Positions 29,345 through 38,414 are shown, counted from the stretch's first letter. The stretch: 64,000 nt of DNA from Minisyncoccota bacterium (GCA_041648595.1 JBAZOQ010000002.1:10446-74445), one strand, 5' to 3'. The notes: generated from the sequence alone by a model not told the origin. Made by a program: numbers and translations.

Positions 29345-29674
29345 ATGAGAAAATTATATATCTATGTGTATATGATTGGCAACAAGTTACCAAAACGAGA
29401 TAAATTGGGAATTCATAGTTATATTGAAAAAGAATTTTTACAAACTTTTTCAACTTTAATAAACGCTTCACTTGAGCCAAAATCAGAAAAAATAACCTCA
29501 GTCAAAAAAGCGAGACTTCAAATAGAGACATTAAAACAATTATTCAGAACAGAATATGAAACAAAGATTATTACAGAAAAAGTATATTTAAATATAGAAT
29601 TAAAATTGCAAGAAATTTCTAAAATGACAAATGGTTGGTTAAAATATTTACAAACACAAAATCCGCCCAATTAA
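29345..29674 (+). CDS. Avd-like accessory variability determinant (four-helix-bundle protein, TIGR02436-like)
   Basis: 109 aa, basic. LPKRDKLGIHSYIEKEFLQTFSTLINASLE and C-terminal ISKMTNGWLKYL resemble the FPK-E-G...NIAEG and ML-GLIKSL blocks of bAvd-family proteins. Divergent from the RT. Confidence 0.55.
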   Translation: MRKLYIYVYMIGNKLPKRDKLGIHSYIEKEFLQTFSTLINASLEPKSEKITSVKKARLQIETLKQLFRTEYETKIITEKVYLNIELKLQEISKMTNGWLKYLQTQNPPN

Positions 29675-29694
29675 AATTGAAAGCGGATTTAAGT

Positions 29695-29817
29695 GAGAAA
29701 CTTCTGAACGGATACCATAACTAGAGTTCGAATTGTCCAGATTGTACCAATTCACATTGAACTTGTCGTTGTTCCAATTCGCGTTCGGAACATTACCATC
29801 CGAATTGCGAGAACCGT
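29695..29817 (-). other. DGR template repeat (TR)
   Basis: 123 bp aligned to VR at 30077-30198 with 15 core mismatches. Every one is a T in the plus strand of TR, i.e. an A in the minus coding sense. Non-A differences occur only at the IMH-like end (CTTC vs TTGC). Confidence 0.85.
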
Positions 29818-30017
29818 CCTATTACAAAAAATCATCCATTCCACCGACAAATCAATTACTTAATTTTCTGTGTTATCTCACAGTCGTGAGCAATATGTAG
29901 CATCATTACAAAATTGTATTATCTATGCTCAATTTTTTGCAAGCAGTTTCTTAATATGGCAAACTGTTATCTTAGTTTTAAGATCAGTTTATCAGCCAAA
30001 TATATTTTAACATAAAA

Positions 30018-30052
30018 AAATTGCGTTAGGTTTTTTAAAAACCTAACGCAAT
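30018..30052 (-). terminator. Perfect 15-bp hairpin TTGCGTTAGGTTTTT-TA-AAAAACCTAACGCAA downstream of the DGR target gene; terminator and/or DGR homing hairpin
   Basis: Followed by TTTTTTTATG in the minus-strand sense. Lies about 25 bp beyond the IMH end of VR. Confidence 0.6.
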
Positions 30053-30072
30053 AAAGATAAAAAGAAAAAAGA

Positions 30073-30807
30073 TTAAAGAGAAATTGCTGAACGGATACCA
30101 GAACTAGAGTTCGAACCGTCCAGATAGTACCAACTCACAAGGAACCCGACGCTGTCCCAATACGCGTTCGGAACATAACCATCCGAATAGCGAGAACCGG
30201 AACAGAAAGTAACACCTTTGATATCTAAATGATTTCCCGTTTCCGAGAAATACTTGATTTCAAGAATGATACGTTCCAAAACAGTGATTCCAATTTTCAT
30301 ATCAGCGTCAGCCTGCCTTGTTGATTTACCGAGATATTCAATGTCAGGTTCAATATCATCACGAACCCAAACAGCGTAATTGTCCGAAGACGTCCGTATA
30401 TTTGTTGGAATTGTCTTGTCTAAATCATCACTATAACGCCATGATTTAAAAATAGCTTTACAACAATCAAAGGCTTTGTTCATCGTCATACCTTTTGCGA
30501 TAAACAATAGACGCCAATTACCGTCAGGACGATTAGGAATGATAACTCTGCTGAAATCTACATCCCAATTGAAATGAGTTTTGTAAAATTTCTGCCATTC
30601 TTCACGAATATTGGCATACTCATCTACAATTGAGAAAACTTCTCGAAGCTTTTTTTTCAGCTCATTTTTGTGTCCGAGCCAATAATCAATTTGCACCTCA
30701 CTAAGTAATGTCGTTAAAAAGTCAACGATAAAACCAGCGAGAGAGCCAATTTTTTGCATTATTCCGCTAATGCTGAGCGTTTCAGATTTTGTCCCATGTT
30801 TTTTCAT
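30073..30807 (-). CDS. DGR target (variable) protein with a C-terminal C-type-lectin/FGE-like VR region; no signal peptide
   Basis: The C-terminal 40 aa (GVTFCSGSRYSDGYVPNAYWDSVGFLVSWYYLDGSNSSSGIRS) are encoded by VR. Adenine-containing TR codons map onto these positions. Confidence 0.8.
   Translation of the reverse strand: MKKHGTKSETLSISGIMQKIGSLAGFIVDFLTTLLSEVQIDYWLGHKNELKKKLREVFSIVDEYANIREEWQKFYKTHFNWDVDFSRVIIPNRPDGNWRLLFIAKGMTMNKAFDCCKAIFKSWRYSDDLDKTIPTNIRTSSDNYAVWVRDDIEPDIEYLGKSTRQADADMKIGITVLERIILEIKYFSETGNHLDIKGVTFCSGSRYSDGYVPNAYWDSVGFLVSWYYLDGSNSSSGIRSAISL
30077..30198 (-). other. DGR variable repeat (VR) at the 3' end of the target gene
   Basis: See the TR entry. It ends 2-5 nt before the target stop codon. 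Confidence 0.85.
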
Positions 30808-30954
30808 GGTATGTTCTCCTTTATTACAATGAACTAATTTTTGAGATCTTTGGATACGGCACTCATTATTCCGTTTCGTATATTATATCATATCCTAGAA
30901 AAAAAGCAAGTCTTTTTATTACCTATAAAATGCTATATAATTAAAGGACTTTTT

Positions 30955-32706
30955 ATGGAAAATAATATTGATAAATTACACAACTTAAGACATTCCTTAG
31001 CTCATCTTTTGGCTGCAGCTGTTTTGGAGATATACCCTGATACCAAAAATACAATCGGTCCTTCTATAGAAGATGGCTTTTATTATGATTTTGAATTCTC
31101 GTCTCCTATCTCTGATAAGAACTTACCAAAAATAGAAAAGAAAATGAAAGATATTTTGAAATCTTGGAAAAATTTTGAGAATGAGGAAAAAACTAAAAAG
31201 GAAGCAGAAAATCATTTCAAAAATAATGAATACAAAATAGAACTTATAAACGAAATTAATGAAAAAGGAGAAAAAATAACTTTCTATACTTGTGGAGCTT
31301 TTACAGATCTTTGCCGTGGTGGACATTTAGAAAATCCGAGTAAAGAAATAAGTCCAGATTCATTTAAATTAGATCGTGTAGCTGGGGCATATTGGCGTGG
31401 AGATGAAAAAAATAAAATGCTTACCCGCATTTACGGATTGGCTTTCGAAACAAAAGAAGAATTGGAGGCTTATGTGATACAACGAGAGGAGGCTCTAAAA
31501 AGAGACCATAAAAAAATCGGTAAGGAATTAGGATTATTTGCTTTTAGCCCTCTTGTTGGTTCAGGTCTTCCTCTATTTCTGCCAAAAGGTGAAATAATTT
31601 TTTACGAGCTGGAAAAATATATGCGTGAAGAAAAAGAAAAGCTTCATTATAAATTTGTCCATATACCCCATATTGCCAAAACAGAGCTTTACAAAAAAAG
31701 CGGTCACTTAGGAAAATATGATGCAATGATGCCAATTATGCAAGATGCTGAAGGCGATCAATATGTTATGAAAGCAATGAATTGTCCTCACCATTTTGAA
31801 ATCTATAATGCAGAACCCCATAGCTATCGTGATCTTCCTTATAGATTAGCCGAAACTACAACCGTTTATCGTAATGAGAAAAGCGGAGAATTGAGTGGGT
31901 TAGTTCGAGTCAAAGCTTTAACGCAAGATGACACACATCACTTTATTCGTCATGATCAAATCCAACAAGAAATTGAAATGATTCTAGGGTTAATGGATAA
32001 AGTTTATAAAAATTTTGGTTTCAAGGATTACACTGTGCAAATATCCATTCGCGATCCAAAAAATCCTGATAAATATTTCGGTGGGGATGAACTTTGGAAA
32101 GAATCTGAGAAAATACTTATCGACTCTGTAAAGAAATGGAACCGTCCTTACATAGTTACAGAAGGAGAAGCAGCTTTCTATGGGCCTAAGATAGATATAA
32201 TGGTGAAAGATTCGATTGGTCGTAATTGGCAATTGACTACGGTTCAACTTGATTTTAATCAACCAGAAAATTTTCATATGCGATATATAGGAGAAGATGG
32301 AAAAGAACATGCTCCTGCTGTGTTACATGTTGCAGTATTAGGTTCTATTGAACGTTTTATGGGAGTATTGATTGAACACTATGCCGGCGCCTTCCCTCTC
32401 TGGCTCTCACCAGTACAGGTGAAAGTAATCCCTGTGCGCACCAGCCACAACGAATACGCCAAAAAAGTTTTTGAATTATTGAAAGAGAACAACATCCGCG
32501 CGAAATTTGACGATGCCGAGGAAAACCTCGGAGGAAAAGTCCGCAATGCGAAAAACAATAAGATTCCTTATTGGATTGTTATAGGTGACAAGGAAATAGA
32601 AGCGAAAAAGGTTACCCTCGAATCTCGCGACAAAGGCCAGCTTGGACAGATATCAAAAGAAGAATTATTGAAAAAACTTTTGGAGGAAATAAAGAATAAG
32701 AAATAA
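30955..32706 (+). CDS. thrS: Threonyl-tRNA synthetase
   Basis: HSLAHLL editing-domain motif and class II aaRS motifs. The ORF track starts at an upstream TTG (30841); ATG at 30955 (MENNIDKL) preferred. Confidence 0.9.
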   Translation: MENNIDKLHNLRHSLAHLLAAAVLEIYPDTKNTIGPSIEDGFYYDFEFSSPISDKNLPKIEKKMKDILKSWKNFENEEKTKKEAENHFKNNEYKIELINEINEKGEKITFYTCGAFTDLCRGGHLENPSKEISPDSFKLDRVAGAYWRGDEKNKMLTRIYGLAFETKEELEAYVIQREEALKRDHKKIGKELGLFAFSPLVGSGLPLFLPKGEIIFYELEKYMREEKEKLHYKFVHIPHIAKTELYKKSGHLGKYDAMMPIMQDAEGDQYVMKAMNCPHHFEIYNAEPHSYRDLPYRLAETTTVYRNEKSGELSGLVRVKALTQDDTHHFIRHDQIQQEIEMILGLMDKVYKNFGFKDYTVQISIRDPKNPDKYFGGDELWKESEKILIDSVKKWNRPYIVTEGEAAFYGPKIDIMVKDSIGRNWQLTTVQLDFNQPENFHMRYIGEDGKEHAPAVLHVAVLGSIERFMGVLIEHYAGAFPLWLSPVQVKVIPVRTSHNEYAKKVFELLKENNIRAKFDDAEENLGGKVRNAKNNKIPYWIVIGDKEIEAKKVTLESRDKGQLGQISKEELLKKLLEEIKNKK

Positions 32707-32710
32707 AATT

Positions 32711-33016
32711 ATGCCAGAGGGTTATCACAAATTAGTTCGAGATAAAATTCCAGAACATTTAGATGCTAAAGGTATTTCCTATGAACAAACGACAGCTACA
32801 CCAGAAGAATACAGAAAAAGACTATTGGAAAAATTAGCTGAAGAAGTAAAAGAATTCCTTGATGCTCGCAATAGTGAGGAATTAGCTGATATTTTAGAAG
32901 TAATCGAAGCTCTTAAAAAATTGCCAAAATTTAAGAATGTAGAAGAAGTTAAAAAGAAAAAACTCGCAGAAAAAGGGGGATTTGAAAAAAGAGTAATTTT
33001 AAAGGGAAAAAAATAG
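32711..33016 (+). CDS. MazG-like all-alpha NTP pyrophosphohydrolase (small)
   Basis: KLVRDKIPE N-terminal motif and EELADILEVIEAL, typical of MazG/HisE-type NTP-PPases. Confidence 0.6.
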   Translation: MPEGYHKLVRDKIPEHLDAKGISYEQTTATPEEYRKRLLEKLAEEVKEFLDARNSEELADILEVIEALKKLPKFKNVEEVKKKKLAEKGGFEKRVILKGKK

Positions 33017-33054
33017 TTGTTTACCATATTGACGGTCGTTAGTTTGGTAAACAA
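33017..33054. repeat. Hairpin repeat TTGTTTACCA-TATTGACGGTCGTTAGTT-TGGTAAACAA downstream of the second Cas2-like gene (also acts as its terminator)
   Basis: 10-bp perfect stem, followed by CTATTTTTTTCCC on the minus strand. Homologous to 33666-33700. Confidence 0.7.
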
Positions 33055-33077
33055 TAAGGAAAGGAACATAAATCAGC

Positions 33078-33656
33078 CTATGCTATTTTATTTAAACTGC
33101 CCAATTTGCTAATTTCAAAAATTTCAACAAATTCTAAAATTTTAAGGTTTTCTAAGTCTTTTATAAAATCTGCCGGAATTTTTCCTTTCCCTACCCAAAC
33201 ACTTTGATGAACCATTTTAAACCCAAAATTTTTGATAACTTCCCTGAGCCAATTACGCTTTCTTCGCAACCTCTCGGGAATATCGAAACTTATTATAATA
33301 GAGCTACTTTCTTCGATTTTTTTCTCATAAAATCTAGTTGGTAAATTATTTCGAAGTTTACTAAGTTTATCTATTCCTTTACTAGAAATTGTAAATTTAT
33401 TATTTTCTGAATTTTCAATAAGACCATCATGTTTCATCTTAGATATAAATATGGTTAATCTTCTTTTTCTATCTTTTAAGATTTCCACTTGAGATTTTTT
33501 AGCTTCAGAAATTCTCCTGCGTTTTTGATACTCATATTCGATCTTACTTGAACCAGCCCCATAACCGGCAACTAAAACAGCACCAAAGAAATCAACTTGG
33601 GTCATTGTTCCATTATAAAGAAGTTCTAAAGCTTTTAGTAAAATTTTTCCTTTCAT
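33078..33656 (-). CDS. Winged-helix plus Cas2-like two-domain protein (PaaX-like architecture)
   Basis: N-terminal KILLKALELL...DGLIENSENNKFTISSKGIDKL is wHTH-like. The C-terminal IIISFDIPERLRRKRNWLREVIKNFGFKMVHQSVWVG is a paralogue of the 23416..23793 product. Start taken at the internal ATG (MKGKILL), because the upstream 19 codons are encoded by the flanking hairpin repeat. Confidence 0.5.
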   Translation of the reverse strand: MKGKILLKALELLYNGTMTQVDFFGAVLVAGYGAGSSKIEYEYQKRRRISEAKKSQVEILKDRKRRLTIFISKMKHDGLIENSENNKFTISSKGIDKLSKLRNNLPTRFYEKKIEESSSIIISFDIPERLRRKRNWLREVIKNFGFKMVHQSVWVGKGKIPADFIKDLENLKILEFVEIFEISKLGSLNKIA

Positions 33657-33665
33657 AACTTTAAG

Positions 33666-33700
33666 TTTACTACATTGACGACCGTTAGTATAGTAAACAA
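33666..33700. repeat. Hairpin repeat GTTTACTACA-TTGACGACCGTTAG-TATAGTAAAC between the gyrB stop and the Cas2-like gene start
   Basis: Same stem and loop family as 33017-33054 (loop TTGACGGTCGTTAG vs TTGACGACCGTTAG). Confidence 0.7.
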
Positions 33701-33715
33701 GATACGTAAACAACT

Positions 33716-35782
33716 TTAGATATCAATCTCTGCTAATTTGGCATTGGATTGGATAAAAGATTTTCGTGGTGGAACTTCGGAGCCCATTAGAATTTCAAAA
33801 ACTTTATTGGCTTCTTCTGCATCATCTATATTTACTTTCTTAAGCACTCGATGAGCTGGGTCCATGGTTGTTTCCCAAAGTTCTTCCGGATTCATTTCTC
33901 CGAGACCCTTGTAACGCTGTATATGAACCTTTATCGTCCCCGTGCCGATATTGCCTTCCCCTTCGGGCGAAGTCCCTAAAGACTCATCGGGAATTGCTTC
34001 AATGATATCAACTTCGGCAGCGGAATGTCCAATAAGTTTTATTTTTTCTTCATCTGAATAAGCATAATTAATTTCTTTACCTTTTTTTATTTTATAAAGT
34101 GGTGGTTGTGCAATATAAATATATCCAGCATCAACAATCGCCCTAAAATATCTATAAAAAAGAGTAAGTAATAATGTACGTATGTGTGCACCATCGACAT
34201 CAGCATCTGTGGCAATAATAATTTTATGATAACGTATCTTAGAAAGATCAAAAGTGTCCCCAATAGAAGTACCAAGAGCAATAACTAAAGACCTTATTTC
34301 TTTTGAAGCAAGCATTTTATCAATTCTTGCTCTTTCAACATTTAAAATTTTTCCTTTCAAGGGAAGAATAGCTTGCGTGCGTCTATCTCTACCTTGTTTT
34401 GCTGAACCACCTGCAGAATCTCCCTCTACTAAAAATAATTCTGATTCTTCTGCACTCTTACTTTGACAATCTGCTAATTTTCCAGGAAGTGTCATACCTT
34501 CAAGTGCACCCTTACGAAGCACAGAATCTTTCGCTGCTTTAGCAGCTTTACGAGCCTTAAGGGCAAGAATAGATTTATTAATTATAGCTTTTGCTTCGTC
34601 TGGATTCTCTTCTAAAAAGCTCGCAAACGCTTCTGAAAATACTGTACTGACAGCACTTTGTGCTTCCATAGAACCTAACTTTGCTTTTGTCTGACCCTCA
34701 AATTGAATTTCTCGAAGTTTAACAGATATTACACAAGTTAAACCTTCAAGAACATCGTCTCCAGTAAATCCTCCCTCAGATTCCTTCATCAATTCATTCT
34801 TCTTACAATAAGTATTAAGTGTCCTTGTAAGAGCAGTCTTAAAACCAGTAACATGTGTACCTCCCTCTCCCGTATAAATATTGTTTGCAAAAGGAACAAT
34901 ATGATCCACTATGTCATCTATATATTGAAGAGCTATTTCTACTCCCACACTATCTAATTCTTTTTCAACATAAAAAATATGATTATGAATTGGTTTTTGA
35001 AATCTATTATAATATTTTACCAAAGAAGTAAGCCCACCTTCAAAATAAAAAGAGATAGATGGTAACTCAAGTTCTAATTCTTTAAAATAAAAAATGTCTG
35101 AATCATCTATCTTTCCTTCATATAGACGTGCATCAATTATTAAAATTTTAAGTCCTTTCACTAAATATGCTTGCTGACGAATATGACTCACTACTGTAGC
35201 CAAATCAAATTTAATATCTTTAAAGATTTCTACATCTGGTTCAAAAGTAATTATTGTTCCACTCAATTTAGAAGAACCAACTTTTTTAACAGCAATTTTT
35301 TTCTTTCCCTGAGAATATTCCTGAGAATATTTACCACCATCTTTGTGAACCTCTGCTTTACAATAAATAGAAAGTGCATTAACGACAGACGCACCGACAC
35401 CATGTAATCCTCCAGAAACTTTATAACCTTCACCTCCAAATTTTCCTCCTGCGTGAAGTGTAGTCATCACAGTTTCCAATGCTGATACTTTTGTTTTTTT
35501 ATGTATATCAACAGGTACACCTCGTCCATTATCTGCAACACGTATACGATTGTTGGGCAATAACACTATTTCAATATCATTACAAAAACCACCCATTGCT
35601 TCATCACGTGAATTATCAAAAATCTCCCAAATAAGATGGTGCAATCCTTCAGGCCCTGTAGTACCAATATACATACCAGGACGGCGTCTTACGGGCTCCA
35701 AGCCCTCTAAAACCGATATGTCAGATGCGTCATAATGATGCCCATTCCCCTGTGCTTTTTTTATGTCTTTTTCTTTAGTCAT
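33716..35782 (-). CDS. gyrB: DNA gyrase subunit B
   Basis: GHKL ATPase motifs, TOPRIM EGDSAGG, 688 aa. Confidence 0.95.
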   Translation of the reverse strand: MTKEKDIKKAQGNGHHYDASDISVLEGLEPVRRRPGMYIGTTGPEGLHHLIWEIFDNSRDEAMGGFCNDIEIVLLPNNRIRVADNGRGVPVDIHKKTKVSALETVMTTLHAGGKFGGEGYKVSGGLHGVGASVVNALSIYCKAEVHKDGGKYSQEYSQGKKKIAVKKVGSSKLSGTIITFEPDVEIFKDIKFDLATVVSHIRQQAYLVKGLKILIIDARLYEGKIDDSDIFYFKELELELPSISFYFEGGLTSLVKYYNRFQKPIHNHIFYVEKELDSVGVEIALQYIDDIVDHIVPFANNIYTGEGGTHVTGFKTALTRTLNTYCKKNELMKESEGGFTGDDVLEGLTCVISVKLREIQFEGQTKAKLGSMEAQSAVSTVFSEAFASFLEENPDEAKAIINKSILALKARKAAKAAKDSVLRKGALEGMTLPGKLADCQSKSAEESELFLVEGDSAGGSAKQGRDRRTQAILPLKGKILNVERARIDKMLASKEIRSLVIALGTSIGDTFDLSKIRYHKIIIATDADVDGAHIRTLLLTLFYRYFRAIVDAGYIYIAQPPLYKIKKGKEINYAYSDEEKIKLIGHSAAEVDIIEAIPDESLGTSPEGEGNIGTGTIKVHIQRYKGLGEMNPEELWETTMDPAHRVLKKVNIDDAEEANKVFEILMGSEVPPRKSFIQSNAKLAEIDI

Positions 35783-35868
35783 TTTATATTAAATCAAAAA
35801 AATAAAAGCAAAATACAAATTTTTGCTTAGTATATTATAGCAGAAAAATAGCTCAGAAACCAGCAAAT

Positions 35869-37692
35869 TTAGCGTATTTGCCAACTTGAATTTTCGCTTA
35901 TTTTATGACTTATTTTAGCCATAATTTCATTAATTTCCTCATCTTTCAAAGTTCTCACAAAAGATTGAAAAACAAGTCTAAAAGCATATGAGGTTTTTCC
36001 TTCCTTTGTAAATGAATCAAACAAAAAAGGTTCTTTAACTAAAAGTTCTGTGGCATTTTCTATGAGTAATTTTTTAAGTGTTTCAGAACTTTCTTCTTCT
36101 CTAATCCATACAGCTATATCACGAGAAATAAATGGATAAATTGACCAAGGTTTAAATTTTTGTTCTTCAAAATTCTGTCCCAAGTCAATAAATGGCAAAA
36201 CTTTTTTATCAAAATAGTCAGTAGGAATTTTTTCAGAAACAAAATTCTCTAATGATGTCTCCACTATATTTTTATTATCACCATAAGCAACATGCATCAT
36301 TTCTTTATTTTTATCAAAAACAGTTCCAATTTCAAAAATTTTAATTTCTTTCATTCCAAGAAATGGCGCATTAAGTTGATTAAGTTTCAAACTTTCTTCT
36401 AATCCATCTGTTAAATTTATTCTCAAAAAATTTTTATCTGATGCAGACGCAAGAACTTCCACATTTCCCCCATTTCTAAATGAATATGTCATAACTTCAG
36501 AATAACCATCATTCAAAAGTTTATTTCTAGCTACAGAAATATTATAAAATTTTTCATTCATTTTTGGACTCCATTCTATTTTTGGTAATTTCCCTTCTAT
36601 TCTTTCATATCCTAAAATTTTAATTACATCCTCAGCTAAATCATGTGGGCCAGTTATATCTATACGTAATAATGGAACTAAGATTTTAAATTCACCATTT
36701 TCTTCTTCATATTCAAAACCTAATTTTTCCCAAACACTTTCAATCTCCTCCTTCAAGAAATAAGTACCAAGTCTTTTGTTTATATATTCCACTGATACAA
36801 AAACAGTATTTTGTTTTAATTTTTTAGGATAAATATCTACAATTTCTTCTATATTACCTCCTGCTATATCAAGAATTAAATTAGTTATTTCATTCATAAC
36901 TTGAAAACAAAGTTCTGGAGATATTTCATTTTCATATCTTTTTACAGCATCAGTTAAAATTCCAATTTTCTTTGATGTCTTCCTTATAGAAACTGCATCA
37001 AAATTAGCAACTTCTATAATTATATTCTTCGTATTATTGTCTACCTCAGCTTTCATACCACCCTTTATACCAGCAATAGCTAATACTTCGTTCGCCTGTG
37101 GTGAGCCTGTCGAACCATCAGCAATTACTAAAATAGATTCATCTAAATTAATTTCTTTTTTATCAAGAGTAGTAATTCTCTCACCAGTTTTTCCATTTCG
37201 AATAATTATTTTTTCACTCTCTAATTTATCTAGGTCAAAACAATGAATTGGTTGTCCTAAGTCAAACATAACAAAATTAGCAGTGTCTACAATATTATTT
37301 ATTGATTTTTGACCTATCGTCTCTAATCTATTTTTTAACCAATCTGGACTTTTTTCAATTTTTATATTTCTAATAATTCTTCCCATATAACGAAAACATT
37401 TTTCTGATTCAATTTTAATATTTAAATTAGTCGAAACTGATTTAAAATTTTTATATTCTTTTTCTTTTAACTTCAAATTAAAAATAGCCTTGACTTCCTT
37501 CGCAATTCCCCAATGTGAAAGACAATCATGTGCTCTATCCGGTAAAACTTTGATATCAAAAATAACATCATCACCTACTTTTTCTAAGCTTTCTACTTCA
37601 AAAGAATGAAAAATAATACCATCAGCTAATTTTTCAGGATCTGGTAATCTTTCTTCAAAATAATTTTGCAACCAATTATAACTAACTTTCAT
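35869..37692 (-). CDS. pheT: Phenylalanyl-tRNA synthetase beta subunit (short form)
   Basis: MKVSYNWLQNYF N-terminus and a B3/4 domain. Lies downstream of pheS. Confidence 0.85.
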   Translation of the reverse strand: MKVSYNWLQNYFEERLPDPEKLADGIIFHSFEVESLEKVGDDVIFDIKVLPDRAHDCLSHWGIAKEVKAIFNLKLKEKEYKNFKSVSTNLNIKIESEKCFRYMGRIIRNIKIEKSPDWLKNRLETIGQKSINNIVDTANFVMFDLGQPIHCFDLDKLESEKIIIRNGKTGERITTLDKKEINLDESILVIADGSTGSPQANEVLAIAGIKGGMKAEVDNNTKNIIIEVANFDAVSIRKTSKKIGILTDAVKRYENEISPELCFQVMNEITNLILDIAGGNIEEIVDIYPKKLKQNTVFVSVEYINKRLGTYFLKEEIESVWEKLGFEYEEENGEFKILVPLLRIDITGPHDLAEDVIKILGYERIEGKLPKIEWSPKMNEKFYNISVARNKLLNDGYSEVMTYSFRNGGNVEVLASASDKNFLRINLTDGLEESLKLNQLNAPFLGMKEIKIFEIGTVFDKNKEMMHVAYGDNKNIVETSLENFVSEKIPTDYFDKKVLPFIDLGQNFEEQKFKPWSIYPFISRDIAVWIREEESSETLKKLLIENATELLVKEPFLFDSFTKEGKTSYAFRLVFQSFVRTLKDEEINEIMAKISHKISENSSWQIR

Positions 37693-37703
37693 ATTTTTTA
37701 ATT

Positions 37704-38414
37704 TTAAAACTGATTAAATCTTAAATCTCCTTGATAAGCTGGACGAATATCTGGCATTCCATATTTAATTACCATAAGTCTTTCAAGTCCTGGACCAAAT
37801 GCAAATCCTTGATATTTTATAGGGTCAATTCCACAATTTTTTAAAACATTTGGATGAACCATTCCTGCACCACCCATTTCAAGCCATTTACCATTAAATT
37901 TCAAATCAAATTCAATAGATGGTTCTGTAAAAGGAAAAAAACTAGGACGAAATCGCAAATCAACATCACTCCCTAATATTTTTTTATAAAAATAAGAAAG
38001 AGTTCCTTTTAAGTGTGCCATGTCTATATCCTCCCCTATCATAAGTCCCTCGATTTGATAAAATTGCATTTCATGTGTCGCATCTGTCGCTTCATTTCTA
38101 AAACATTTTCCAGGAGCAATAATTGCGAAAGGTGGTTTACCACCAGATTTCACAAGATTTTCCATGTAACGAATTTGAACAGAAGAAGTATGAGTCCTTA
38201 AAACCTTATCCGTTTCCCCTTTTATAAAAAAAGTATCTTGCATATCACGAGCTGGATGATCTTTGGGAATATTTAATGCATCAAAATTGTGCCAAATATC
38301 TTCTAATTCTGGACCAGTAGCGACTTCAAAACCAAGCTCAGTAAAAATTTTTACTGCTTCGTTTATAATTATTGAAAGTGGATGTTCTTTTCCCTTTTTT
38401 GATTCTTCGCTCAT
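37704..38414 (-). CDS. pheS: Phenylalanyl-tRNA synthetase alpha subunit (catalytic core only)
   Basis: Class II motifs FRPSFFPFTEPSIEFD and GAGMVHPNVL. Confidence 0.88.
   Translation of the reverse strand: MSEESKKGKEHPLSIIINEAVKIFTELGFEVATGPELEDIWHNFDALNIPKDHPARDMQDTFFIKGETDKVLRTHTSSVQIRYMENLVKSGGKPPFAIIAPGKCFRNEATDATHEMQFYQIEGLMIGEDIDMAHLKGTLSYFYKKILGSDVDLRFRPSFFPFTEPSIEFDLKFNGKWLEMGGAGMVHPNVLKNCGIDPIKYQGFAFGPGLERLMVIKYGMPDIRPAYQGDLRFNQF

Noticed and set aside
29274-29480. 68-aa minus-strand ORF passing through the poly-G tract
   Set aside because: It is antisense to the Avd-like gene and its N-terminus has no RT-like residues. Fusion to the RT would need a 2-nt change, whereas the short MNDKDIKNCV leader needs only 1. 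Treated as spurious.
30231-30243. Apparent +1 frame discontinuity in the DGR target gene at a T-run (CCCGTTTTCCGAG) when translating by hand
   Set aside because: The ORF track gives one continuous 244-aa protein across this point, and each of my manual translations matches it on one side. This is most likely a one-base miscount on my part. Not reported as a frameshift; coordinates of features around 30.0-30.3 kb may be off by 1.
23416-33656. CRISPR-Cas locus (because of the Cas2-like proteins)
   Set aside because: No regularly spaced repeat-spacer array, cas1 or other cas genes anywhere in the window. The flanking repeats are single hairpins, not arrays.
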